Shown piece by piece: positions 40,448-53,964 of a stretch of 64,000 bases of DNA. Each line of letters opens with the position of its first letter. The stretch's first letter is position 1. The notes beneath the pieces are model-generated. The model had not been told where the DNA came from and did not search any database. It worked only from the letters and a program-made list of their open reading frames with translations. Both the position numbers and the translations under genes were made by a program. This stretch comes from Octopus vulgaris (Eukaryota): the NCBI GenBank assembly GCA_951406725.2, contig OX597814.1, positions 185,380,001 to 185,444,000 on the forward strand, written 5' to 3'.

Positions 40448-40840
40448 TCTCTATATATAAAGCTGAAGTTGTCTGTGTGTGTGGCAGGTTTGTTAGCCTT
40501 CAACTAACACTATCTCCTCCGAGACCCTGCGGCGCAAGTTGACCAAAATTGAGAGTATGATAGAAGAAGGCTTGCTCTTCCTTCCGTAGAAGAAAAAATT
40601 CAAATCGGACCATGTTAGCACCAAAAATTATTTACATCAAAAAGGTGCTTTTTTTCTATAAAAATCCCTATTTTTTTACGATTTTTTGACTGCTGTGTCA
40701 CCATTTTTCAGTGTATTTCAACCAGAAAAATGTGCACTTAAAGAGAATAACAAGCTGCATAATGCAAAATTTTTACTTTTCAAAAATTCCAATTCTAAAG
40801 GGTCGAAACAAACCCGAGCAACGCCGGGTGATACTGCTAG
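40448..40840 (+). mobile_element. Non-autonomous Helitron (393 bp)
   Basis: A|TC 5' end (TCTCTATATATAAA), subterminal hairpin ACCCGAGCAACGCCGGGT (40812-40829), CTAG|T 3' end, no TSD. Confidence 0.85.
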
Positions 40841-41274
40841 TATATATATATATATATTTAGAAACGAAACTGCTTTTCACAAAAACACTATCGCCAGTTA
40901 ATCCCACCATCCATAAATATAAGCAAGCCCCTATTTATTTATCCCTAACCAACCAGCCAGCCAACCAACTAACCAACCAGGCAAACCAATCGCGATATTG
41001 GAGGCTAAACGACAACAACGATAACGAAGGCAAGAGTAGGAACAACCGCCGCAACGATCAATGACAAACCTTTCTCTTTGAGCCAACGAATGAGCCTCAA
41101 CGAAATCGCACAGCCAGCCAGCTAGAAATAGCAACTAAATCTAGCTCAACTCACGTAATCTGCCACCATCTTTGAATAATATATACAGCCGACATATTCG
41201 ATAATGTAGTTGTGGATTCCTTGTAACATAAATGGGAAAAGAATGACTCTTTCTCTTAATCCATCACCAACACA

Positions 41275-41317
<43 letters not shown>

Positions 41318-42199
41318 GCATGCACCACTGACACTGCTAACTTTCCAGCCGTATCTATCTATCATCGCACCACCATCTCCATTCAAACCATTGCTACCAA
41401 TATCCTCCCCGCCATACTTACACCCCTTCCTTTCTGTCGCCCCACATTCCACTATTCATACTCAATTCACCCGACCCTGTCTAGGGATCAGCAATAGGTA
41501 TATGGTGATGATGTTGGTGACGAGGGGGGGTGATGGTGGTGGTGGTGGTGGTGGTGATGGTATTGAAAATTTTAATGGCAGTTTTGTTTGTTTGGGTTTA
41601 TGGCTATTATCGTTCTTTATGACTAATATATGCAAATTTTATTAATGGAATTCCCAAATGCCTTTGCTTGTATGTTTTGCTTTGTTTTGTTTTTTGTTGT
41701 TTTTTGTTGTTTTTTCGGGGGTGGGGTGAGGTGGGGGTTGCGTTTAACTCCTACCGAATGGATCTGTTATCATTTCATTCTCGTGGGGTCGATAAAAATT
41801 CCTTCCTTTCTGTCTTCCTTCTCTTGAGCCCTCGTCTCCTGAAAAAGAGTCGTAGAGGCGCCGTCGTAACTAACATCCGACTTGTCTTCGGCATTTTTAG
41901 ACCTCGCTGAATCCTTACCTCTCCACGGACGATTTATTTTCCAGTGAGAAGGAGACAGAGAAAGAGAGTGAGACGAAAACAAAAAAATGAAAAGGGAAGG
42001 ACAGAAGGAAGAGAACAGGAATAGATCACTCTGCATAACAATCCTGAAAAAAGCGAAAGGCAAAATTGCCTATGACAGGATTCAGACAAAGTGCACAGAG
42101 ACGGTACCGACTCGGCTAATTCGCGGACTCGGCTAATTTGCGGTCTTATGTTGATAAAACCACCCACTATACAATACGATACCAATAGTGATTTAGTTC

Positions 42200-42450
42200 G
42201 TGGAGGCGCGTGGCTTAGTGGTTAGGGTGTCAGCATCATGATCGTAAGATTGTGGTTTCGATTCCTGAACCGGGCGACGCGTTGTGTTCTTGATCAAAAC
42301 ACTTCATTTCACGTTGCTCCAGTCCACTCAGCTGGCAAAATGAGTAACGCTGCGATGGACTGGCATCCCATCCAGCTGGGGAACACATACGCCATTGAAA
42401 CCGAGAAACCGGGCCCATAAGCCTGGCTAGGCTTTAAAAGGGCGCAAAGA
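42200..42450 (+). mobile_element. tRNA-derived SINE with V/Meta-like core
   Basis: TGGCTTAGTGG / GGTTTCGATTCC boxes; CTGCGATGGACTGGCATCCCATCCAG core. Confidence 0.8.
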
Positions 42451-43972
42451 AGAAAGAAAGTGATTTAGTTTACGTCAAGTAGTAAACTGTTGAAGTTGTT
42501 AAGTCGTCGGATAGAAAGCCTTGCGGTATTACTGCTGGTGCTCTGCATTCTGAGTTCAAATCCTACCAAAATCAACTATACCTTCCGGGTCAATTAATAA
42601 AGTACAAGTTAAGCACCGGTCCTCTCCCTCCCTTTAGTTTCTCAGAATCGGCTGGCTTTATGCTATAAGAAAAGACATAGCAATCAACTCATGGCATGAG
42701 TTCTTCTTCGGAAATAGATAAGATATGATTTAGAGGAGACGACCTGAAACTGTAATATTTTCTTTAGTAGCCACAAATTCTTGTAGAGATAAAAATACAA
42801 AACTTTCGAAGAGGGTTAAAGAAAGAATAACCGAAACTTGAGTGTGTAATTATACAGAGTAACACATCCATCTATAAGACAGATAGGTATGTTTGTATAT
42901 ATATATATACATGCATATTTGCACGGAAATAAAGTACAATAAAAGAATTTTTTTTCTTTCTTCTATAAGAACAATAGCTGAAAATTTGTGGGGATGGGCT
43001 TGTAGATCACATCGTCTCTGAAAGAACGAAAGCCAAAGTTGACTTCGATGATTTTAAACGCAGAACGTAAAGCAGGAAGAAATGCCGGTAATCATTTTGC
43101 CACCTTGAAAAAAAAATATGCACTAATTAATACAAAATATAATTTTAAAAAATAAGTCGTGAAAGATTTTTCTAGGTAGACTGAGTTGGGTATTCTACGG
43201 CCTTGTTCACTTCATTATTTTCCAGATTGTGTCTGAGTACAATCAAATGTAACCACTGAGTTTTTTTTAAAGATATTGTATGATGAAACACGCACCATCT
43301 TCAGAATATTCTTTTTTTAAGTTCGATATTTTAAAATTTTACTAGTAACATATCATTTACGTGTTGTTTATATTCTAAATTCAAATGTTGTTGGGTCATT
43401 CTAACTTCTTCAGAGAGTACGTGGCACGAGTGATGGGTGATTTTGTCAATTAAGTGATTGTTTGATTTTCGAAGGACGATGTACTTTAGTCCATCATCGT
43501 TCTTTTCATTTCCGTTGTTATCTTCTTGAGAAGAATTTTGTTGTCATTTAAAAGAATTTGCTCTTCTTCACATGTCGCTATCGTATTTTTTTTTATGTTG
43601 AATCTTTTATCTATATTTTTTTCTTTTCCCTTTCGTATTTTCATCTGTAAGTGATTCTTCCTCGCTGCACGATGACGACGCGGTATTACAGGTTGGTACA
43701 CTTAAGAGACGAGATGTTTGCTCATCTATTTGTGATACGAGACCTAAAGATGTTTCCTTCAATATTCCTAGAAGTTTTGACAAGTGGTGCTCTGGAAACT
43801 GGAATCATTTTGGTTTTTACTATTCTTCATTATTTTCATTGTCCTTGATTTTGCTTAATCCTTTAATGGCATTCATTCTGCACCATGTATTCATCTCTCT
43901 TCTCCAAAACTCGAAAGATCGTAGGTGTTGCCCTTCCCTCCTTCATTATGTAGTTAAAAAAAAAGAAAAGCT

Positions 43973-44776
43973 GTTCTTTCTACTATAAACACAAGGCCTG
44001 AAATTTCAGGGAAGGGGACTCGCTGGTTACATCGATCCCAGTGTTCAACTACTCCCTATTTTATAGACCTCGAAAGGATGAAATACAAAATTGACGTCGA
44101 CTGTATTTGAACACAGAACGTAAAAGCGGAAGAAATACTGTTAAGCCTTTTCTTTTTTGTCCGGTGTGCTAATGATTCTTATTTCTATATTGCCCACAAG
44201 GGGCTAAACATAAAGGAGACAAACAAGGACAGACAAAGGGATTAAGTCGATTACATCGACCCCAGTGCTCAACTACTCCCTATTTTATAGACCCCGAAAG
44301 GATGAAAGGTAAAGTCGACCTCGGCGGGTTTGAACTCAGAACGTAATGGCAGACGAAACACCTACTTTTTTCCTACCCACATGGGGCTAAACACAGAGAG
44401 GCCAAACAAGGACAGACAAACGAATTAAGTCGATTATATCGAACCCAGTGCGTAACTGGTACTTATTTAATCGACCCCGAAAGGATGAAAGGCAAAGTCG
44501 ACTTCGGCGGAATTTGAACTCAGAACGATGCGGCAGAAGAAATACTGCAAAGCATTTCGCCCGGAGTGCTAACGATTCTGCCAGCTCACCGCCTTCTAAA
44601 TCATTATATTTAACAGATGTATGAGGGGGAAAGCCGATTACATCGAACCCATTGCTCAACTGATACTTATTTTATCGACCCCGAAATGATTAACTTGTAC
44701 TCAGAATGTAAAGACGGAAGACATGCCGCTAACATTTTTGCATAGCGTACTAATGATTCTGCCAGCTCCCCGCCTT
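43973..44776 (-). mobile_element. Cluster/multimer of Nin-SINE copies of different ages
   Basis: Four CGACCCCGAAAGGATGAAAG-like cores; heads ending ~44595 and ~44776. Confidence 0.8.
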
Positions 44777-45264
44777 TTACACAGATAAGTAATTACCAAG
44801 TGATAATAGTAGAATACCGAGGGAGAGTTTCCGGGTATTTTGCACCCATTTATCTTTTAAAAGAAATCTTTCATGTAGTAATGTAGCTCTAGATGAAAGT
44901 CATCCATAAATTCACATAAAACCAAATTATCAGAGAATTAATTCTCCAACAAAAGGCCGCGTCCTGTCCAAAAGATTAAGGACATTTTCCGCCCACATTT
45001 TCATTTTTGTTAGTATGTTTTTGAACTGGAATAACTAGCCAGCAGAGAAGGATAGTACTTAAAACTAACAACAGGAACAACTAAAGCAACGACAACAACA
45101 ACAACAACTAAAACAACAACAACAGCAACAGCCCCAGAAGCTTAAAAATCTGACAAGTCAATGAGGAAAACTTCCTCTATGTAATCGTTTTTATAATTTA
45201 TTACTACGAATGAATTACTGCTTAATTGCTCTTACGCACACACACACACATATATACACACGCA

Positions 45265-45296
<32 letters not shown>

Positions 45297-45961
45297 CACA
45301 TACACCCACACACATACACATACACCCCCACACACACACACACGCACACGCACGCACAGACACGCACATTAACACTCGTGCGTGTGCATACACACATACA
45401 CAAACACACACAAACATGCAAGTACCCACACATACACACAAACACACGCACGCACGCACACACACACACACGCACACATACACACACACACACGCACGCA
45501 CAGACACGCACATTAACACTCGTGCGTGTGCATGTACAATACACAAACACACACAGACATGCAAGTACCCACACATACACACATGCACGCACACACACAC
45601 ACACACACAAACACAAGCGCACGCACAGATACGCACATTAACACTCGTGCGTGTGCATACACACATACACAAACACACACAGACATGCACGTACCCATAC
45701 ATACACACAAACCTTTGTTTAATATCACATCCATCACGAAACTTCGCACTGACCAAAGATGAAGGCTCAGTACCATAAATCGGCCTCCTAGAAACAGCAG
45801 CTAATGAGGGTGGGGCACTCTATAGTCATCTGACCTGCTAACAATCAATTGTAACTCAGTCACAACGTCACAGGTTCGTGGGGAGAGTCTTACTCGATTA
45901 TATCAACCTCCGTGTTTGAGCGGTACTTTACTTTATCGGCACCGGAAAGATAAAAGACAAT

Positions 45962-46124
45962 AGGCGTAGGAGTGGCTGTGTGGTAAGTAGCTTACTTACC
46001 AAACACATGGTTCCGGGTTCAGTCCCACTGCGTGACACCTTCGGCAAGTGTCTTCTACTATAGCCTCGGGCTGACCAAAGCCTTGTGAGTGGATTTGGTA
46101 GATGGAAACTGAAAGAATCCCGTC

Positions 46125-46174
<50 letters not shown>

Positions 46175-47480
46175 TGTAAAACAAACTGGGAGGAAAGAGA
46201 CGGAACGAAGTGAGAATTCGAAAAATCGAAAATTCAAACGAACCCGACGCGAAGCGCTGTCAGACAATAGTGTGATAAATAAAATATATGCATACATACA
46301 AACATATATGTACGTACCGACATCTACATGTATATATACATGCATATATTAATATATATACGTACAGGACACCACAAGAAGACGTAAAAATCAACAGAAA
46401 CGAAAACGGAAAAGCCATTTTGTTACAACAGAAGGACAGAGACATGGAACAAGACGGAAACGAAAACGGGAAAAACATTATGTACAGCAGAAAAACGAAG
46501 TACAGGACATGCTGCACAAGGAAAAATCCCCTTCATCAGCTGTCGCTAGCAGACATAGCGTCTTTCGAAGGCAAGACAGGACACGTCTGGACATGCTAGG
46601 CCTTCCTACGAGAGAATTAAAATAAAATAACCTCGTAGAGGGGTAAAACGAGCAAGAAAAAAAATGTAACACAAAAAGGGACGTAACAAAAAACTGCACA
46701 AAAAAATACAAGAAAAAAATACAAAATTAAAGATACATGTAAAAGAAAATACAAAACGAGAATTAAATTACAATACGAGAAATCAAAATAAACAAGAGAA
46801 CAAACGAAAAAGACGAACGAAGGCCTTTGCTCTGGCGGGGACGAGAAGGTAACTGGCGAGCGCTGGGAAACATGACCTTAGGGCCTAAATGCAACAGGCG
46901 AAAGGATTAGCAGTGACGAAAGTGAGGAGTGGGAGAGAGAGAGAGACAGATAGAGGAAGACACGCGGCTAGAGAGAAGGGTGAGGCAGAGAGAGAAAGAG
47001 AGAGGGGAAGGCAAAGCAAAGGGAGAGAATTTCGCGTCATTGTAGTAAACTGTAAAGCAAACTGGGAGGAAAGAGACGGAACGAAGTGAGAATTCGAAAA
47101 ATCGAAAATTCAAACGAACCCGACGCGAAGCGCTGTCAGACAATAGTGTGATAAATAAAATATATGCATACATACAAACATATATGTACGTACCGACATC
47201 TACATGTATATATACATGCATATATAAAAATATATATATATATATATACGTATGTATGTGTACGTGTGTGTATATGTTTGTGTCTGTGTTTGTCCACCCA
47301 ACATCGCTTGACAACCGATGCTGGTGTGTTTACGTCCCCGTAACTTAGGGGCTCGGCAAACGAAACCGATAGAATAAGTACTTGGCTTACAATGAATAAG
47401 TCCTGGGGTAGATTTGCTCGACTAAAGGCGGTGCTCCAGCATGGCCACAGTCAAATGACTGAAACAAGTATAAGAGAAAA
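45962..47480 (+). mobile_element. TGGCTGTGTGG-family SINE split by a ~1.05-kb insertion in its internal (TA)n
   Basis: Head 45962-46126 and 3' half 47270-47480 are collinear with the intact copy at 20234. Confidence 0.85.
46173..47225 (-). mobile_element. Terminally redundant non-coding insertion (876-bp period), Penelope pLTR-like
   Basis: 46173-46349 almost identical to 47049-47225; CTGATGAAGGG motif on the minus strand at ~46528-46539; related segment at ~37910-38185. Confidence 0.55.
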
Positions 47481-47804
47481 GACAAAGAGAAAAAAGTGGA
47501 ACCACGAATTGATTTAAACTGAAAACGTAAATAAACGTTGCTAAATACAGGGCAAATTATCAGATACTCTTAACGATTCTACCATTTCATCACTCTTGAT
47601 CTGCTGATACTGGCAGCCAAAGTTCACCCTACCTTCTTAAGTAATAAAGATATTAGATAATAGGTACAGACGTGACTGTGTGGTAAAAAGTTTGCTTCAG
47701 AACCTCGTTGTTTCAGACTTCAGTCCCACTTGGGCCAGTGCCTTCTGCTCCTACCTCGGGTTGATCACAACCTTGTAAGTGGACCTGGTTGATGGAAGCT
47801 GAAA

Positions 47805-47846
<42 letters not shown>

Positions 47847-47848
<2 letters not shown>

Positions 47849-48040
47849 GGCGCCATGATAGATCGTTAGCTCCTACACGCATTTTTTTTCTCTCTCCTTG
47901 TTTTTTTCTGTGTATCTTTCTGTCGAAGAGCGTAGACTCGAAACGTAAAAGACTTTTTCTATTCTTGAGCGCTATACTAATACATTTGTTTGTTTGTACT
48001 CCACCTGCCTTCGTCTTTTGTTTATTTTCGTAAACTTTCC

Positions 48041-48045
<5 letters not shown>
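47847..48045 (+). mobile_element. ~200-bp variant-hammerhead element (core 47915-47952)
   Basis: TCTTT-CTGTCGA-a-GAGCgtagACTC-GAAACG-TA-AAAGA; within (TA)n. Confidence 0.65.
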
Positions 48046-48081
<36 letters not shown>

Positions 48082-48557
48082 ATTTTGGTGAGTGGACCTG
48101 GTTGATGGAAGCTGAAAGACGGATATATATAATATATATTATTTGTTATTTATGTCTAGGTTTAAGTCTATCACTGTTTGAGCTGCATAATAGTGGTTTT
48201 GTTTCTAATTTATATTTTATATATATAATATAAATTAGAGTCAAAACCACTATTATGCAACTCAAACATTGATAGACATAAACCAAAACATAAATAACAA
48301 ATAATATATATTTTAATAAAACATATAACTAGATCTCAAAATGTATAAAAATGAATGGTCAATATATAATAGGTAAAATATATATAATTTAATTTAATTT
48401 TGGTGCTGTAAAGTACCAGTTTCGCTAAAAATAGGAGTCAAATAAACCCCTAAGCCACGTAGAGCTCACTTTAAAAAAGCATGGTGAAAGGCGGGTGGTG
48501 AATTAAAAATTTTCTGTCTTACATCTGCGAAGATCGCAAGGAAAAATGGCAGATAAA

Positions 48558-48610
48558 TTAGAATCGATTTCTGGATTTTTGCCAGGGACCACTTGTCTTT
48601 CATCAGTTAA
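48558..48610 (-). ncRNA. Degenerate hammerhead-like motif
   Basis: Reverse strand ttaa-CTGATGA-[28 nt]-GAAA-tcga-TT-ctaa; helix III palindrome ATCGAT; stems I and II imperfect. Confidence 0.35.
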
Positions 48611-48694
48611 GTCCACTGCAAACAATGCCAAAATTTTAAAAAGTATTAACCTCACCATGCTTGCTTGTTCCGAAACGAACTAAGTGAATAATTA

Positions 48695-48766
<72 letters not shown>

Positions 48767-48785
48767 TGAGAAAGAGAGAGAGGGG

Positions 48786-48830
<45 letters not shown>

Positions 48831-48999
48831 AGAGAGAGAAATTTTTCTTGTAAATAATATTGATGGCGATCAAAAACATGAACTGTGCAGGCAAGTATAT
48901 AAAAATATATTTGTGTGTGTGTGTGTGTGTGTGATTAGAATTTAGGTTAGTTAAAATATGTTTGTCACATAGTTCAACTGCTAAAAAGTAAATATATTG

Positions 49000-51900
49000 C
49001 AGTTACCCTGTAGAAAAAGTCCGGCATACTACGATAAAATTCATAGGGCAGACCATCCAGCCTCGGCAACTTGTCCCCGCCGCATTCAGCCAGCACCACC
49101 TTGGCCTCCACAGCTGTGATCGGCCCTTCACAACATTCCGCCTCTCGTGTCGAGAGTCGCGGCCCGCCGGCTCCTCCCCCTTAGTGTCTCCCCACGATCC
49201 GTCGCATCGCTCTCTCCGAACAACCGGGCGAAATGCTGGATAAAAGCCATTCACATCTCCTCTTGTCCTTCGATCTAACGACCCCGCTCGTCAATTAAAG
49301 ACATTATAGAGGCTTCTCTGCCTCTACGACTCTCCACACGATGAGCCCATCCGGCAACGTTAATACCCTCTCTCCCCACTGCACATAACTTAGCCCTGAC
49401 TCTACACCCTTCGTGTTTGGTTTTGAGGTGGCGGAACAAGACCGCCCTTGCTGCCGTCATTCTAGGTGTAGAGCCAGATTCCATAGCCTTGTCTAATTCA
49501 TTAACTAATTGCCCTATTTTAGTCTTTTCTAAACTTAGCTGTTAACTAAATCTAACAGACTCCGAACGAATGGCTCATTTGAAGGCGCACCACCATCTAT
49601 TATTGATGATGGCGTCACATAATGCCCTCTGAACTAATTCCTTAACCTGTGCACGGAAGGCTTTACAAGTCAAAATAGATTTGTTCAGCTTCCAGTGCCC
49701 TGGTCCCTGTCTATGACACTTATCTAGGTACACCTTACGTCACGCATTTGTGATCCGTGTAAGGGACACAGCAGAAGCGTGGACAACTAAAAGTATCCTT
49801 ATCTCTATATCTAATAAATATTCTATCTAGATAAGACCTGTGTGAACCGTCGTTATTAGTCCACGTCCACTGTGGAACGAGCGGTTCATCTAGCCTGTAA
49901 CGGTCTACTAAGTTATAGCTTGTTAGTAGCCTTTTGAGACCAGGATTTCCCCTTCTATTTGCCGAGCCAACACTATCCACCCGTGCATCGAGAATAGAGT
50001 TAAAATCTCCTATTAAAACTAGTCTTAGACGTCACCAAGAAATTCTCTAGGTCCCGAAAAAAAAAACCAGTTTGTCTACACTCCTTATGAACGTAGACAG
50101 CTACCAACCTGAAGGACAGCTTACTTACATGTGTCACATCTAGGACGACCAGCCTATCTTCTGGGTCCAGAAAGACTGTACTTACATGGTGGTTTTCTGA
50201 ATTAAACCACCATGCCCGCGCTTCCCCAACGACTAGGAGAAATAAATTTCTCATAGCCACTTAGAAGAGACGTGAACGCATGTGACTCATTCAAAGTCAC
50301 AACACACATATATCCAAATCTAGTGACCTGAGGTCGTTCAAGAGGCAGGTTTGTTTCCATCTTGACCCCAAGTCACGTACATTTATACACCCTACTTTAA
50401 TCTCCACGAAATAATTAAAAAGGAGAAAGAAACTTACATTTTACGTTTTGGGGAGGGGCTGCACTAATTTGGCAATCTCTCCCACCTTTTTTCTCTGGTG
50501 TGCAGTTTCTGGGTTACACTCCAGTCTCTTCTGGGCCACTTCATTTGTTACATCCAAAATATCGTCCGGATATCTCTTTTTAATCGACTCGCCTATTATT
50601 TTTGCCATCAGAATATTGTTCGGCATGTCCGGCATTCGTTTATATACGAATGCTCCCAGGTGACCGGCCAAAACTTTAGCTATTACCTGGATTTTTTTTT
50701 CGTTAAGCTTGACGTATTTTTCTTTTTGTTCGGTAGGGTTGGTCGAGGATTTCAGTTTGGGAGCGAAATGGGGAATTTTTTTCTTGTGCACCTGCGTGTG
50801 TGGTTATTGCTTTCTTTGTTTGGGGAGGGGAACCAGGGGCTGGGGCTTTTTTCTTTTAAGTGTCACTACAGTATAGTCCATTTCTGGTTGGTTTCCCTGA
50901 GCGCCATCCTGTATTTTATTTTCTTCTTTTTCTGCCTTTTCTGCTTTTTTCACCTCTTCTTTGTTGGTCTCGTTCCTTTTTTTCTTTTTGGGGAGGGACA
51001 ATTTTCTTTTTCTCGGCCTTTTCCATATTTCCCCCCCCTTGCTAGTTTCACTACTTTTTTTTCTTTTTGAAGAGGGACGTCTGCCTTTTTTGTTTTCTTT
51101 TGTTTTGTTTTTTTCACTTTTTCACAATCTGATCTTACCTGACCTCTTTCCCTACACTTGAAACATCTCGTCCTTCTTCCTTCTACCGAGACTCGGACAC
51201 TTAGTCTCTCTCCTATGAAAATTCTGTCCGGCCTCGATTCTAATATTTCGTTTGGGGCCCGTATCAAAACCGCCAGCGTTTGGCCTCTCTAGTTTATAGC
51301 CTTTCTCCTCATCTATAATATTGTTATCTCATCCTCTGCGTCATAGATGACCGCCGTAGCCATCCATGACACCTCATACCCATTTGGTATCTCTTCAATA
51401 GTGATTTTTGCCGTCCTTCTTCCTAGGTATGTTGGAAGCAGGATTATTTCCTCGTTCTTCAAGGTCTGTGTTGAAACTTGTTTCGCCGTTTCGGCATCTT
51501 TAAAGTTGCGCCTCTACTGCAGCGCTTCGAACTTCTCTTCCTATATATACAATTTTACCCCATATGGGCGCCAAGCATTTTTCAACAGTTTCGTTTTTGG
51601 TGGGCGTGATTTTTTTCCCTTTCTACAGTAAATTTTATAAATTACCATTTTTGCTGACAAATTCTGTACTATCTCCTGTGGTGGCATCGGCTTAGTATCA
51701 TTTAGTATCATTTCCGGTTTCTTTTTTTTTTTTTTTTAGGTTTCGAAAACTGAACAATTGTTCTCTCGAAAAATTTATTTCCGTGAAGTTACCTCCGACG
51801 GCTGCTGAGAAACTTGGTTTTTCACTAACATTTTCTTTTCCAGTATCTCCTTTCATTGCAGGAAAAGTCTTCATTTGGCTTTAAGTCAAACTCCATATTT

Positions 51901-52275
51901 TCAAACAGGTTTATTGTCTTACAGACAAACACGTAGAAAAAATAAATTTTTTGTCACAAATGATAAAAATGAAAAAATATATTTCAACGGGCAAAGTTCA
52001 CAAAAAATTAACAATTTTTTGCCCCGTAGAGCGAAGACACCATTTAAACGACGACAAAAGTTCAATCCAAACAGGAATCCACAAAGCAAAAACAGTATAA
52101 CAAACAACAAAAAAAAACCATCAACAAAATAAAAAACTCACAATAACAAAAATTCCAGCAGCAGATGTACTTAAGAGAGGCAACTCTGAACGAACTAAAT
52201 AAAACTTGTAGCTTTATATATAATTCAGTCAACAAGTTGACTGAGTCACGCTAGTAGATCACCCAATCGGGGTAA
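49000..52275 (-). mobile_element. Tx1/L1-clade LINE, 5' portion: 5' UTR, ORF1 (zinc knuckle) and ORF2 APE endonuclease/linker; decayed, ends before the RT
   Basis: ORF1 VSVEGRRTRCFKCRERGQVRSDC; ORF2 DPEDRLVVLDV..FRLVAVY, GDFNSILD, WTWTN...SYLDRIF...YTDHK, GPGHWKLNKSIL, PRLDGLPYEFY. Confidence 0.9.
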
Positions 52276-52291
52276 ATAATATGTATGTATG

Positions 52292-52359
<68 letters not shown>

Positions 52360-52459
52360 CATAAATATATAAAATTTAATTTTGGCATGTATGAATATTA
52401 TGTATATATGTATGTATGCATGTATTTATGTATGTATTATGTATGTATGTGTATAGCTA

Positions 52460-52685
52460 TATGTGTGTCTTTATGTTTGTGTTTCTCCCCATCACCGTTT
52501 GACAACCGATGTTGGTTGGTTTACGTCTCCGTTATTAGTGATTCGGCAAAAAGAGATTGAAAGTGTAAGTACCAGGTTTTAAGAAATAAGTACTAGTGTC
52601 GATTTGTTCGACTAAACCCTTCAATACAGTGTGCCGACATGGCCACAGTCCAATGATTGCAACAAGTAAAAGATAAAAGGTAAAA
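52460..52685 (+). mobile_element. SINE 3' half (TGGCTGTGTGG family)
   Basis: TTGACAACCGATG...CATGGCCACAGTC...AACAAGTAAAAGA. Confidence 0.75.
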
Positions 52686-53964
52686 ATGTAATATTATATA
52701 GGCATAAAAAATGGCTGGAATGTCTTCACCTGAGATAAACAAGACCAGCAAAAGTAGTAGCAACAACTACAACGACAACAACAATCAAAAGTAAAAATAC
52801 ATCACAACTCATGAGTTGTTATCAATGTAACATCTTGTCAGTCTTCTGCCCTACTTCACATCTGTGTTTACAAACTACGTGGTGTATAAATAATATTGCA
52901 TCATTCTACCAAGAAGATCGGAAGAGGTTTATTTTTCTAGGCATTTTTGGCATTAAGAAGTGAATATACTCAATTAATTTTGTTTACCCTATGTATTTCC
53001 TTATATTTGCTGCATTGAGATTTTGTATTATCCTTGTAACAGAAAGGACTTCATTAAAGTTAAAAGATACCAGTACATTAGCTGGTGGAGTTAAACTCGT
53101 TGATACACTAAGTTACCAATGACCCATTGAATGAACCACTAAAGTGTCACTTGACCTGCTAATAATAGCGTTCAAATATGTGTGTGTGTACACGCACGTG
53201 CGTTTGTGTGTGTATGTTTGTACGTCCATTATACACATACTTGCACAAGCCTGCACGATCAACAGACATACTTACACACATACACACGTAGGCACACATA
53301 TACATATTTATATATATACAAATATGTGTGCGCATATGTATGTATTATGTATCTATATGTTTATCTACCTGTCTGTCTATCTATCTATATGTCTGTGTAT
53401 CAATAAATGTATGTATCTTTATGAATAGACAGACAGAAAGACAGACAGACAGGTAGATAGATAGACAGACAGACAGGTAGATAGATAGACAGACAGACAA
53501 ACATAGATGTATAAACAAAGGTGCCTGCAGAATACGAATAGACGTCCATAGGACACAGATACCTGCTCACAGGATATACATACATGCCATGCCTGCTGTA
53601 TACATACATATACATACCTGGCATGGAACAACTAACTGATTCACAGAGTATGAAGATTTTGGAAAAATCTATATTCAAGAATCATGAAGGAGAGATGATG
53701 GGAGGACAGGAGGGTCTTTTCCCCACCCCTATTTCCTAAAAGCAACAACAACAACAACAAACTACTCCTGCCTTCCATTTTAATATATTCAGTTGGTAAA
53801 AATATTCCTCCTACCTACTCTTGGATCCAGAATGATTTAATTGGGTTATACAATACTTTTTCAGATCCTCAGCCCCTGCTAGGTTTTTTTTCTTTTTTAC
53901 TACGCTTCACATCCTGTGGGTCACTCCCTTCCTCATTACATTTTTCTAATGATGTTTCACATTT

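Noticed and set aside
43250-43950. Purine-rich minus-strand stretch that looks like decayed coding sequence
   Set aside because: Many stops and no recognisable motif; may be a LINE N-terminal relic but cannot be supported
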